The notes: generated by a model not told the origin, from the sequence alone. Positions 10,495 to 22,535 are shown, counted from the first letter of the whole stretch. The stretch is DNA of 63,906 nucleotides, filler included, from Stramenopiles sp. TOSAG23-2 (GCA_900128395.1; 3 parts of 3 records of this genome joined end to end with filler, not necessarily neighbours in it), one strand, 5' to 3'. Program-made: numbers and translations.

Positions 10495-12702
10495 TAGTTT
10501 ATTATCATGTCAGACAAGTAATATATATGTGTGTGTGTGTATGTAGAGAGAGAGAGAGAGAGAGAGATGCAGAATATATATATATATATATCAGTGTAGA
10601 GGATACGAGCGTAGGACTCCACAAACATGGTGCAGGTATCAACATAGTGCAAGTATCAACATAGGGCAGGGTATCAACACAGTGCAGGTATCAACATAGG
10701 TATCAACATAGTGCAGGTATCAGTCATACATACCAATCAACAGATTTAACGATTCGCGCATGGTGTGGATATTCCCTATATTGCAATACAATTTCTCAGA
10801 ATTTTCATAATGTTGTAAATTTTCTGTTCCTTTTCCCATGGCACGATTTCCCATTGCTGCAATTTCTGCTCTTGCATCTATTATGTAAAGTTTCGTTTTA
10901 TTTTTCGATAATTCCCTGATTGTTTTAATGAAAAATTCATCTTGGGCACATCGTTTATCTTTTGCACCTCTCATTGGTTGTGCGCAACGTACGATCATGC
11001 CTCTTGATTTGCTATGAATCCATGTTACCGCTGGTATCCTAGCTTTGCTTCTGTATTTTGCAATCTCTTTAAGCATTGCATCATCAATCTTGGATGGTAC
11101 AACAAATTTTGCTGGATACGTTGGGCTTAATTTGTAATTATTTGTATATACACGAAATGGTGTAGGGCGTTGGCCCTCTTTAGCAATTAATCCAATACGA
11201 CGGTAATCCTGAACTGCATCGTACATATATGTCATATCAATAGTAGCTGTAACTGTTCCTAGAGGTGATGGTGGTGGAGACATAGTTGTAGTTTCTTTCT
11301 CATTTGATTTGTTTGATAAAGGAGTAGTAGTAGTAGATGAATTGCCATCTTTCTCTTTTAAATTTGTATCATCGTCATCATCATTTTTATCACCATTATC
11401 ATCCTCATCGCTAACTTTTTTAAACGCCGTTTTATCATCATTTTTCTTCTCAACATCATTTTTCTTCTTTTTCTTGATATTTAAAGTAGCATTTACTATT
11501 TCATCATCGTCATCACCATCCTCTTCAATAGTTACGATAGTTGTGGCATATGCATTTCTATAATTATATGCTATGAATAATTTTGGTGGGCATGGTTTAT
11601 TGATATATGCAAGACTTTCTAATTTTAATAAAAATTCTTTACAGTTTGCAACATCTGTGAATATAAATTGTGGAGTAAATCCAGAATGTTTAATTATCAA
11701 CGATATTGATGTTTCATTGATTTTTTTTATATCACTAATCATAAATAAAGGATATTCAATATCATCGGTACTATGTGTTTCATATGCATTAAATAATAAT
11801 CGATAATTAGATAATATTAATTCACCGCGTAATGGTAACGATTTTGGTGTGACAAATGACAATGTACGATCGCGTTTATTGACACGATCACGATACAATA
11901 CATACGTAGTTTGATCGAACAATTGCTCTGCTGTTTCTCCGACATAGAAAGGTACACCCCATGTGTCCACATAATCGTTAATTGTAGCATTTAAATTTCC
12001 TTCCCCTTTAAATCTACCTATATCGATAGAACGTTTATATGTCAACATAGACCATATAAATTTCCGTTCCATTAAGGATCGCGTACTTGAGCTATTTTCA
12101 TCAAATACTTTTGTCAATGTTTCTTGAGATTGCGTATATGAACGGAACGATTCAGCATGATTTAAACCGTCTGATTCGTCCAATGATAATCTTGAACGTG
12201 CTTTATTTGCCATCGATAAATTTGAACCTTGCACTAAATTAACAAACTCTTCACGTTGTCCCGGATCAATAAATACAAATTTTTTCACTTTTCCTTTTCC
12301 AGAATGGGAACCGTCAGATATTGTCAATGATAATGATGATGTACTATACGATTCAAATTTCGTAAACGCTGAGCATGGAAAAATTTTCGCACTCTCATCA
12401 CCAGTTCTTCTTTCCTTATCTGAACGTGCTTTAAATATTTTCACAACATTTTTATCCATATCTACTTCGACGGTGGCATGGCTCTTTCTACCAAGCCTCA
12501 ATACTTGTTGCACATAAAATGTCACGATATCACTATCTAAATCATCCCCAACTTCGTTTTCTTCTAGAAACATCATTGTATCTTCAAAATCTTTATTTAA
12601 TGTTGTACTTAAAACATCACCTTTGCTTTTAACTTTTTTTGCTACTAATAATTTTTTTCTTCCTCCTTCTAGTGGTGAATTATTATTTACTATTGACGTC
12701 AT
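9771..12702 (-). CDS. Myotubularin-family phosphoinositide 3-phosphatase, catalytically intact; exons 12702-10734 and 10441-9771
   Basis: Motifs SPTYPAKFVVP, YRSKARIP, RCAQP, IIDAR, NRAMGKGTE and IGNIHTMRESL; catalytic HCSDGWDRT; then WCSFGYKFHDR, SPIFLQFLDCVWQL and YGTFLFN. Splicing the GTATGT...TTTTAG intron joins the two track ORFs in frame (LLI-D-LCEP). Confidence 0.95.
10442..10733 (-). other. Spliceosomal intron (292 nt) of the myotubularin gene
   Basis: On the minus strand the donor GTATGT is at 10733 and the acceptor TTTTAG ends at 10442. This phase-1 junction restores the frame. The intron contains dinucleotide microsatellites and ggtatcaacatag-type repeats. Confidence 0.9.
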
Positions 12703-12822
12703 TTATATATGAAGATTATATATACTTTATATATATTATATATATATATATATACTAATTAATAAATAATAATAATAGTCTAATAATAATTTTGTACTAT
12801 TTGTTTTTAGGTTTCGATAATA

Positions 12823-12853
<31 letters not shown>

Positions 12854-13507
12854 ATATTATATATTAATTTGGTGGGAGGGGTGTATTAAATAATTATATG
12901 TGCGATAGATTGTATATATATAATATATCTATAAATAATGTATATAAAATGTAATATCTGAAGAGGTTAGTTATCTTCTTCTTCATCTTGTTGGATTTAT
13001 ATTTAATATATGTTAGGTTGCTTAGTATTATTTTTGGATTTTTTTTACCACCATCAATATTTATTACATTTATTTTGGATCTTTTTTTATTATATGTGTG
13101 GATTATTCGAACTGCACTACTATCTGGTAATACTGTTTGCATGATGTATAATACTGGATCCTCGTATTTCATGAGGAGTTGATAAATATGGTGTGTTTAT
13201 GCTATTATATGTGCGTGGTCCAGGTGTGGTGGTGTGCTCTTCATGAGATTTGCATTTTAGGCTAATATTCTAATTCCCAGCATCTTCTGGCCTTCTTCTT
13301 TTTTTTTTTTTTCTAAGTAAGAAGAATATTAGAAGAGTATATATTACATTAATATTTACAAAACATACCCGCATCATGCAAAAATATAAATTCACACAAT
13401 AACTAAATATAATAAAATAATTTATCTCATAAACATTATATCCATAGTATAATATCAATTTACAAATCAACAACAATAACATTATTATATATATATATAT
13501 ATATAAT

Positions 13508-15955
13508 ATGACGAGTGTTATTTCTAAACAAGAATATGAAATGAAAGCAAATAATAATTTGCGTGTATCTTCAACAATTGTAAATGCGGCAAGAGATATC
13601 ATAAATAATATCGACAATACAGTAGTAACAGAAGAAACGTTTTGGTCAACATTATACGAAACTTTGAGTTCATTTGGCAATTTAAATCGTTCGTTATTAA
13701 ATCAACGCAATGATATACAAGAAAAAATTGATCAATGGCATAAAGATAACAATAATAATAGTAATGAAAACGGGACATTTGATATGAAGGCATATATATC
13801 GTTTTTAAAAGACATTGGATATTTAAGACAAGAAAATGAGGAGAAAGTGAATATTGTGACTGAAAACGTTGATCCAGAAATTTCCCTTGTAGCTGGGCCT
13901 CAATTAGTAGTCCCGGCAGACAATGCTAGATATGCATTAAATGCTGCTAATGCTAGATGGGGGAATTTATTCGATGCATTATATGGGACAAATATTATCA
14001 ACAGTAAACCACCGCAAAGTAAAATATATGATAATAGTAGAGGTCAAAAAGTTTTTAAATATTGCAATGCACTTTTAAATGAAATAGTACCATTAGCATC
14101 CAATGTGAAATACGATGATGTTGTTGAATTTCAAGTAGAAAAAAATTCGGATAATAATGATTTTGAATTAAAATGTATAACAACAGGCAATAACAACAAC
14201 TCAACAACAGCATATCTTGCAAATTCAGCTCAATTCATTGGTTTTAAAAAAAATAAAGAACTTCTTCTTGAATCTATTTTATTAAAAAATAATGGGTTGC
14301 ATATTATTATTAATATTGATAAAAACGATACAATTGGAAAAACTCACAATGCAGGGATCAAATCGATTGTTTTAGAAGCAGCAGTTTCTACTATTATTGA
14401 TTTTGAGGATAGCGTTGCTGCCGTTGATGCTGAAGATAAAGCTAATATTTATCGAAATTATGCGGGTTTAATGAAAGGAGATTTAAGTGCAAAAGTTAGA
14501 GATTTTACACGTACTTTAAAAGGTGATAAAACATTTACCTCATCTTCCACTAATGATGGTGTTATTCGTTTAAAAGGCCGTTCATTGCTTCTATGCCGTA
14601 ACGTTGGTATACATATGTATACAAATGCAGTAGAATGGAAAGATGAAAATGGTAATTATACGCAAATACCTGAAGGAGTTTTAGATCTTTGGTTTACATG
14701 CCTTGGTGGATTAAATGATTTGCAAAAAAATGGACAAGGAAATTGCAATAGTAAATGCGGTTCTATTTACATTGTAAAGCCAAAAATGCATGGTCCGGAC
14801 GAAGTGAAATTTGTTATTGATTTATTTGAAACTGCAGAGAAAGCATTTAAAATACCACAAAATACATTGAAAATTGGTATTATGGACGAGGAAAGACGAA
14901 CTACGGTAAATTTAAAAGAATGTTTACGCCATGCAAGTGAACGAGTTGTATTTATCAATACTGGATTTTTAGATCGAACTGGGGATGAGATTCATACTTC
15001 CATGGAAGCTGGTATCATGCTGCCAAAAGGACAAATAGCTGTCGCCACATGGCGTAAAGCATATGAGGCGTGGAATGTAGACGTTGGTATTGAAACTAAT
15101 TTAGTTGGTAAAGGTCAAATTGGTAAAGGTATGTGGGCTGAACCTGATAATTTATTAGGTTTGTTAAAAACGAAACATGTTCATCCGCTATCAGGTGCGA
15201 TATGTGCTTGGGTTCCTAGTCCAACTGGAGCTACCATACATGCAATACATTACCATGTAAACAACGTATTTGCCATCGTAGATCGAATAAGCGTTTTGCG
15301 AGAAAGAAATGATCGAAATTTAATGGATATTTTAACGCCTCCATTAGTATCTGGTAGTAACAATGAATTGTCTCAACGGACAATCGAGAAAGAAATTAAT
15401 ACTGCTGTACAAGCAATTTTAGGATATGTTTCTCGTTGGGTTGGGCAAGGTGTTGGTTGTAGTAAAGTTCCTGATTTGAACAATATTGGAAAAATGGAAG
15501 ATAGAGCTACATTGCGCATATCCAGTCAATTATTAGCGAATTGGTTACATCATAAAGTTTGTAGTGAAGATCAAATTAAAAAAGCATTTGAATATTGGGC
15601 AACAATCGTTGATGAACAAAATATTAAAGATAATAATTATGTGAAAATGAGTGGTGTGAAAAATAGCAATGCGTACATGTAAGTATCGATGGCCTTTATA
15701 TTTAAATCTTTCTCTAACATTATTAAATACTATTACACCCACATATGATAATATATTATTATGATATATATATATATGATACATAAAATATGATAAAAAC
15801 TGTATATATCGATGTAAATATCTGAATACAAATATATTGAATAATAATACAGGGCTGGATTAGAGCTAGTATTCAATGGCCGATTAGAATTTAATGGATA
15901 TACTGAAAATATTTTAACAAAATGGCGTTTGAAACAAAAAAGCGAGAGAAAGTAA
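13508..15955 (+). CDS. glcB: Malate synthase G; exons 13508-15678 and 15853-15955
   Basis: MSG-type motifs GPQLVVP, ARYALNAANARWG, DFEDSVAAVD, RNVG, YIVKPKMHGP, GIMDEERRTTVNL, INTGFLDRTGDEIHT, GKGMWA, WVPSPT, GCSKVPD and MEDRATLRISSQ. Exon 2 encodes the expected C-terminus, AGLELVFNGRLEFNGYTENILTKWRL. Confidence 0.95.
15679..15852 (+). other. Spliceosomal intron (174 nt) in malate synthase G
   Basis: Donor GTAAGT at 15679 and acceptor TACAG ending at 15852. The phase-2 junction restores the conserved NGYTE C-terminus. Confidence 0.9.
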
Positions 15956-16201
15956 TATCTTTTGCACCACACATTATACGAAGTCGTACCGTGTACCATA
16001 ATGTAATATTATATCATACGTCGTACGTCTCGTTAACGTTGTATGATACACGAAATTACGGTGTTTTTATTATAAAAAATTATTAAAAAATATTTTTTAA
16101 AAACAAAAATTTTACGAGTACGTATTTTATAAAAATCAGAAAAAATATACATACTCCGTACGACGTATTTATTTTTACATCTCTGGGTTCCATATTTCTC
16201 T

Positions 16202-17482
16202 TTACAAGCGATAATTCATATTGGTATTTGTATTTGCATTATTTGTTGTGGTGCTTGTTCCACTACTACCACTATTTCCACTACCACTAGTAGTAGTTGA
16301 AGTACTACTACCACTATTTGATACAATACATTTTGAAATTGTCACATTCATCAATTGCCATGATGTTGCATTTGCATATGTAATATTTTGTAAAACTGTT
16401 ACGTTAACCATTTGGCCTGGACAATTATTTTCATCTAAAATTTTTTGGCATTTTAAATCAGTAACATTTTTTAATGTCATGATCCCATTTACAGTTACAT
16501 TTTTTAATGTTGTCTGGTTGTAACAAACAGATTGTTGTTGACAATACAAAGTTGTTGAATTAACGGTAACATTAACCAGTTGCCATGAAGTTGAATTGAT
16601 TGTTTTGTTCACTAGAATTTGTTTATATGTAGTAATATTTGTACATAATTGAGTAGTTGGGTTCTGTTCATTTCTTCTGGTAATCAAACGTGTACGTTCA
16701 TCCGTTACACCCCATATACCACTGTACTGACGCTGTGGATTCCACAAATTGACACCCTCCGTAGCAGTTTCAAACGGACGAATTTGTGGATACACGATAA
16801 ATTTGTTACACAAACGACGATCACCAAAACAGGGATATCTACTTTGCACCGCACCTTTTCTTATCCATGCTGCGCGTTTTTTCACCAATTCAAAATTGTC
16901 ATAATATTCTTGACTCATACTTAAATATGGAGAATGTGCATATGACTCGGGGCATCCTTCTTTTGTACCATTAAATTTTAACATGTGTCTATCATTTGTA
17001 TTATTGTCAATCTTGTCTTGTTCGTCTACGTTGTATGAATAATTGCAGTCCTTTAATACTGATATTGTCTTTTGTAACTCCATTTTATTATCTACAATTA
17101 CATCAATATCGATAACCGATGTAGATTTTTCAATATCATGCAAGGCATGAACTTCATATTTACTATTAATGACCTTATCTAGATGTTTTACAAGTTTGTT
17201 ACGTATTAAGTTTATTCTATTCATCAAAGTTTTCTTCTTATGATTATTTAGATTATCTGCGGTATAATTATCATCTTTTTTCTTTGTATTATTATCATCC
17301 CCCCTTTCCTTTGGTTTAGCCACCTCACTATTACTTGTTAAACGAATAACAGATAAACCTGATAGTGATGCATTAGTCACGGCTTCATTGAAATTTGAAT
17401 TAGTATCATCCCAACCAGCGAATATTTTAGAATATAAATCTTCATTATTTGTTGTTAGACTCGTCATATTTTTATTGTACAT
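16202..17482 (-). CDS. Hypothetical protein with a Cys-containing, N-sequon-rich C-terminal region and a Ser/Thr/Gly/Asn tail
   Basis: A 426-codon ORF in very AT-rich DNA. No family was recognised. Confidence 0.6.
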   Translation of the reverse strand: MYNKNMTSLTTNNEDLYSKIFAGWDDTNSNFNEAVTNASLSGLSVIRLTSNSEVAKPKERGDDNNTKKKDDNYTADNLNNHKKKTLMNRINLIRNKLVKHLDKVINSKYEVHALHDIEKSTSVIDIDVIVDNKMELQKTISVLKDCNYSYNVDEQDKIDNNTNDRHMLKFNGTKEGCPESYAHSPYLSMSQEYYDNFELVKKRAAWIRKGAVQSRYPCFGDRRLCNKFIVYPQIRPFETATEGVNLWNPQRQYSGIWGVTDERTRLITRRNEQNPTTQLCTNITTYKQILVNKTINSTSWQLVNVTVNSTTLYCQQQSVCYNQTTLKNVTVNGIMTLKNVTDLKCQKILDENNCPGQMVNVTVLQNITYANATSWQLMNVTISKCIVSNSGSSTSTTTSGSGNSGSSGTSTTTNNANTNTNMNYRL

Positions 17483-17683
17483 TCGTTCTTATAATAAAAA
17501 ATGCTTTTTGGGGTTCTTGCAAATAAATATAATGCTTGGTGTAATCATCAAACGTGTCCAAAAGGAATCACATTGAGTGAAAATTAATTAATTTGCATTG
17601 CCAATTGTCAGGTTGAGTTTCGTTACTATTTTACCACACATATATACACATATACATACCGATATACACATATATAATCAACG

Positions 17684-17820
17684 AAAAAGCCAAATCCCCC
17701 TAATTTTAAAATATATTAAGTATGTGTTTTGGTATACTAATATTACGATCAAGGTGATTTTTGGTTAAATAGGAATATTAGTATACAAAATACATACTTA
17801 ATGGGGGATTTGGCTGTTTT
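17684..17820. repeat. Intergenic inverted repeat (MITE-like hairpin)
   Basis: agccaaatccccc (17688-17700) pairs with gggggatttggct (17803-17815). ttaagtatgtgttttggtatactaatatt (17716-17744) pairs almost perfectly with aatattagtatacaaaatacatacttaa (17774-17801). Confidence 0.8.
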
Positions 17821-18183
17821 CTCCTTGCAAGCCTTAGCAAGCCTTAGCAAGCGGGCAAGCATTATCTGCAATCCGCAATGGCAATGCCATGCCAAGTGGT
17901 TGGTTTTCTATACCAGGTACACCAGGTATTAATACCAATAATTGAAATAATACCTACTGTAGGTAACGAACTACAGTGAATCAATTTAAAATATTTTGAT
18001 CTCATGTTATAATTGAAATAATACCTACTGTAGGTAACGAACTACAGTGAATCAATTTAAAATATTTTGATCTCATGTTTTTTTAAAAAAAAATAAAATA
18101 TAAAAACATATGCTTAGTTACACACACATCAAAACACTCTGCTGATCGATACAAATCATGTAGTTTTAAAATTAAATCCATCT

Positions 18184-19737
18184 TTACTTCATTTTAATGA
18201 CATTTACAATACTTGCAAATGTACATACAATACTTAATCCAACACCAACAACAAACAAAAATGCTGCTGGTAATTTTCTTCGATTGCATATGGATCCTTT
18301 TGTTAACTTCAAATAAAATAATGCAGGCAATACGTATGCAACTATAATTGCATCTGTAGACCCAGTTAACGTCCATACAACCGTGATATTCGGAACAAAA
18401 ATTGCTATTAAATATGATGAAACTGATATTAAAGTGCTGATAAAAATACTACGACAACTAGATGCTTCCCAAAATTTATCAAACAATAAAACTTCTATCG
18501 TTGCACGGCATGGGTGCGTTAATAATGGAAAACTGAGCAATAATGTAGATACAAGTCCAGCACGTCCCATTGTAATTACAATATCACCTTTGCTATACAT
18601 ATTTAATATGTTTCCACCATTTTTACCTAACAACATTTGGAAAAAACTTAAATATCCAGCTACGGCTACAAGCAAATACAATGTTGCTGCTAAACCCATG
18701 GTCCAATATATTACTTTTTTCATGCGTTGACGTGTTGGTCTACGTAACTCTAAATGTACTGGCAATACATTAAAATGACACATGAAGGAACATGATAATA
18801 TTGGTATAGCTAATAAAAAATCGAAATCAAATCGCACCCATTTTATACAATCAAATCGCGAAGTTGCTTTTGCTAAGCATGGATCTTCAACTGGTAAAAA
18901 TTTATGCGATGGTGGCATTGGCGCATCATGATGTGCAGAAGTATTGGTTGGGATAAAATTTTCATTAATTCGAATTGATTTATCAATAATTGCACCTGCA
19001 AGAAACATAATTGCAAGAACGCTAACAAAACTTGTAATACGCAATGCAGATAAATTCCGTAACAACGTTACAGGATATATAACTACAACGCAGCTTCCCA
19101 TCATAGCAACACGATTCAGCCAATCATCAGATGGAAATATTGGTGGAATTAATTGTGTCAATAAATCGCCCATTAATACTATATAACCTATACATGCTAA
19201 ATATACGAGCAAAAAAACTAAGAAATTTACAATTGTTCCACCTGTACGGCCATAGATATAAATTGCAATATCTTCATAGTTTTTTCCACCACATCGTCTT
19301 GCGCATGACAATAATAAATATGCACTATACGCACTAGCTGAAGACATAACTAGCAACATGATAACTCCCACCGCTAGTCCAGTACATGCAAATGCATATG
19401 GAATCGATAAGCAGCCTCCGCCAATAATAGTCGATGTCAAATTAAATACAGATGCTTTTGTCGAGCCTTCTGGTACTTTGTTCGAAGTTATCACTTCTTT
19501 CCAAGTTGGTGATAACGGTGTATTGGGACCGCCACCTTCTGGACTATCAATTAAAGTATTATAATTTGCCGGGCCATTATTGCCAGTTTGTATTAACGGC
19601 CAGGTACGATCTTGCATTGGGGATTCCTCCAATGATGAATCTAAGTAACCATCATCTAATAAACCATTTGTTGAGTTATCATATGCTTCAGACGGACCTG
19701 TTGCAATTTCTTCAGCAGTCCTGTTATTATGTTGCAT
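18184..19737 (-). CDS. Amino acid transporter, Aa_trans (SLC38/AVT-like) family
   Basis: Motifs SVFNLTSTIIGGGCLSIPYAF, YEDIA, LLRNLSALRITS, SFMCHFNVLPV and AGYLSF, with about 11 hydrophobic segments. Confidence 0.92.
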   Translation of the reverse strand: MQHNNRTAEEIATGPSEAYDNSTNGLLDDGYLDSSLEESPMQDRTWPLIQTGNNGPANYNTLIDSPEGGGPNTPLSPTWKEVITSNKVPEGSTKASVFNLTSTIIGGGCLSIPYAFACTGLAVGVIMLLVMSSASAYSAYLLLSCARRCGGKNYEDIAIYIYGRTGGTIVNFLVFLLVYLACIGYIVLMGDLLTQLIPPIFPSDDWLNRVAMMGSCVVVIYPVTLLRNLSALRITSFVSVLAIMFLAGAIIDKSIRINENFIPTNTSAHHDAPMPPSHKFLPVEDPCLAKATSRFDCIKWVRFDFDFLLAIPILSCSFMCHFNVLPVHLELRRPTRQRMKKVIYWTMGLAATLYLLVAVAGYLSFFQMLLGKNGGNILNMYSKGDIVITMGRAGLVSTLLLSFPLLTHPCRATIEVLLFDKFWEASSCRSIFISTLISVSSYLIAIFVPNITVVWTLTGSTDAIIVAYVLPALFYLKLTKGSICNRRKLPAAFLFVVGVGLSIVCTFASIVNVIKMK

Positions 19738-20635
19738 ATTATTTTTTAATATAATTTGAAAAATTGCTTACAATATAACGGTAATAATAATAAAATATCT
19801 TTTATATTTGAAAAGATGGTCCACTAATATTTAGAAAAATGAAATGATGTGGAGTAATAAATATGGATATGGAATATGATTTGAATGAATACTTTGTATT
19901 ACTGATGTGTATGTGTTTTTGTGGTTCAAATATATGGTCCGATATACATATTGTATTATTATATCAAGATATAATAGCACTATAGTAGCTATTATTGTAT
20001 GCTGGTGTCTAGCATTGAAATAGCTCCTTGTATGACATTGGTACAAGAATGCAACGCATCAGCATCACATCTTCAATTACTATTACGTCACTAACACTAT
20101 AATACTGGTGGTTATATTCTGTTGTGGGCGTGTGGGGTCTCCAGCTCTGATGTTATTACTACTATTAATATTATACGTAGACGACTTAGATATTACGTCA
20201 CTAACACTATAATACTGGTGGTTATATTCTGTTGTGGGCGTGTGGGGTCTCCAGCTCTGATGTTATTACTACTATTAATATTATACGTAGACGACTTAGA
20301 CTATAAATAATTTTTTTACAGTACTAATCCAGAGGTAATGTTGGTGTCTTTTATTTAGACTATTCAAAAAAAATATAATATCATTATTATTTCAATTATC
20401 CTCCATGCATGCCAGCTGGGCCAGCATGCACCCATCCGGATATTATATCTAGAATATATATATACCTGTGGTATAATATCATATATTATTGAAATTATTT
20501 TAATTTATAATAATAATAAATGTATAGATAATACTACAAAATATATATATACAAATAGAATTTGAATAAGATCCTACATACAAAACAGATATAGAAAATA
20601 TTTCAAAGACAACGAAAATAAATTAACACAGAAAT

Positions 20636-22201
20636 ATGGCAACAATTATTGAACAAGAACAGATTGTACGTAAATATACAATAGTAAGATGGGATGAAAC
20701 TATTCATGAAGAGAAAATACCATTAATTACAAAAGATAATAATAATAATAATAATAACAACAACAAAAACGAACCAATATTTAAATGTATGCCAGCTTTA
20801 AATAAACAAATAGTATTACTGAAACACGATATATGTGAATTAGAAGTTGATGTTATTGTGCATTCAACAAATGAACAATTAAACGACGTCAATAGTCCTG
20901 TAGCATTAAGAATATTAGATATTGGTGGAGATGACTTATTACGTGAAATAACACATGAAGCGCCAAATGGCTGTAAAACTGGCGAAGCACTTATGACGAA
21001 AGCATGTAACTTGCCGGCAAGACGAATGATTCATACGGTTGGGCCGAGATACAATGAAAAATATCAAAATGCCGCAGAGAATGCATTACACGGGTGTTAT
21101 CGTCAATGTTTAAGTATATTGATTGAAAATAAATTACGTAGTATAGCTTTTCCATGTGTATATACAAAAGGCAAAGGCTATCCACGGGAAGAAGGTGCAC
21201 ATATTGCATTAAGAACTGTTAGGAGATATTTAGAACATTTTTCAGATCGAATAGATACGATTATTTTTACAATGGAAAATGAAAGTGATTATTTAACATA
21301 TTGCAAGTTGATGCCATTGTATTTTCCACGTACGGAGAAAGAAGAATTAATTACTAGATCAATGTTGCCAGAAAACGTTGGTAATGAATGGGGTGAAACG
21401 ATAATTCAAGAAAGATCTATACGCATTATGTCATTGCCAAAACCAAAAGAAAGTGGTAGTGGTGGTGGAACAAACAATGAGAACAACAGTAGTAATAGTA
21501 GCAATAAAAAGACGGCAAGTAAACGGTCGTCATTTTCGAGTTTCAGTCCATTTAATAGTGACAATGGAGGTGATTTTACAATGATGGTTGAGGATATAGA
21601 TAAAAAGCGTTTACGTGAATTGGAAGAACAACGAGAAGCAATGACGCAAGAGGAATTAAATGAAGAGCAAGTTGCTGAAATATATCAACAATATTTAGAA
21701 GAAGCGGAAAATGAAGATTTATCAGATATACGGAAATTACAAGTTTTATATAAACCTGGATGTGATGCATACGGTAGACCAGCATTTGTTGCATTGTTGA
21801 AACATTTGCCTGCTACAGTTATTGATATGAAACGTATTTTATTGTATATGATACAACAAATGGATCAAACTGTCGATGAAGATTATGTAATTGTTTTAGT
21901 TTTAAGCTTGTCAACTAGCGCAAATCAACCTGATTTTAGTTGGTTACAACATTTATATTATATATTTGAAAATAAATATAGAAAAAATATGAAGACATTT
22001 TATGTCGTACATCCAAGTATTTGGTTTCGTTTAGCTGTATGGTTTATGAGCCCATTTTTAAGCTCTGGTTTTTGGAAGAAGATTGTATATATTAACAATT
22101 TACGTGATTTATTTCAACATTTTGATGCTAACCAATTATTATTGCCAGAATATGTATTTAGATATGATCGTCAAATTAATGGTGAAGCATATGTACAATA
22201 A
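20636..22201 (+). CDS. GDAP2: GDAP2-like protein (macro domain plus CRAL-TRIO/BCH domain)
   Basis: Macro-domain motifs DVIVHSTNE, CKTGEA, IHTVGPRYNEKYQNAAENALHGCY and AHIALRTVRRYLE, then LYFPR and GNEWGE. The C-terminal CRAL-TRIO-like region includes KYRKNMKTFYVVHPS and FWKKIVYI. Confidence 0.93.
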   Translation: MATIIEQEQIVRKYTIVRWDETIHEEKIPLITKDNNNNNNNNNKNEPIFKCMPALNKQIVLLKHDICELEVDVIVHSTNEQLNDVNSPVALRILDIGGDDLLREITHEAPNGCKTGEALMTKACNLPARRMIHTVGPRYNEKYQNAAENALHGCYRQCLSILIENKLRSIAFPCVYTKGKGYPREEGAHIALRTVRRYLEHFSDRIDTIIFTMENESDYLTYCKLMPLYFPRTEKEELITRSMLPENVGNEWGETIIQERSIRIMSLPKPKESGSGGGTNNENNSSNSSNKKTASKRSSFSSFSPFNSDNGGDFTMMVEDIDKKRLRELEEQREAMTQEELNEEQVAEIYQQYLEEAENEDLSDIRKLQVLYKPGCDAYGRPAFVALLKHLPATVIDMKRILLYMIQQMDQTVDEDYVIVLVLSLSTSANQPDFSWLQHLYYIFENKYRKNMKTFYVVHPSIWFRLAVWFMSPFLSSGFWKKIVYINNLRDLFQHFDANQLLLPEYVFRYDRQINGEAYVQ

Positions 22202-22535
22202 AGAGAACAAAAGGCGGAGAGAACCCTGGGAGATGTCGTTTTTAAAAGTAAAAGAAAAAAAATATACGTATAAAAAAATATACGAACGTACGAGTATTTG
22301 CAAAATAGAAGATGCCACACACCGTGTATTAAATTTCGTGTGTTGTGTACTCCGTACTACATATTTTTTCGACTGTTTGTGTGTGTGTTCTTCTCTTTTT
22401 TCTAAAATATATGATGCATTAAATATCATATATATAACCGTATGATAATATTTAAAATAATATTATTTTATATATAAATATATTTACCTTCATTGGTATT
22501 TTCGATTATGAGAATATCAACACACTTGTGTGAGT

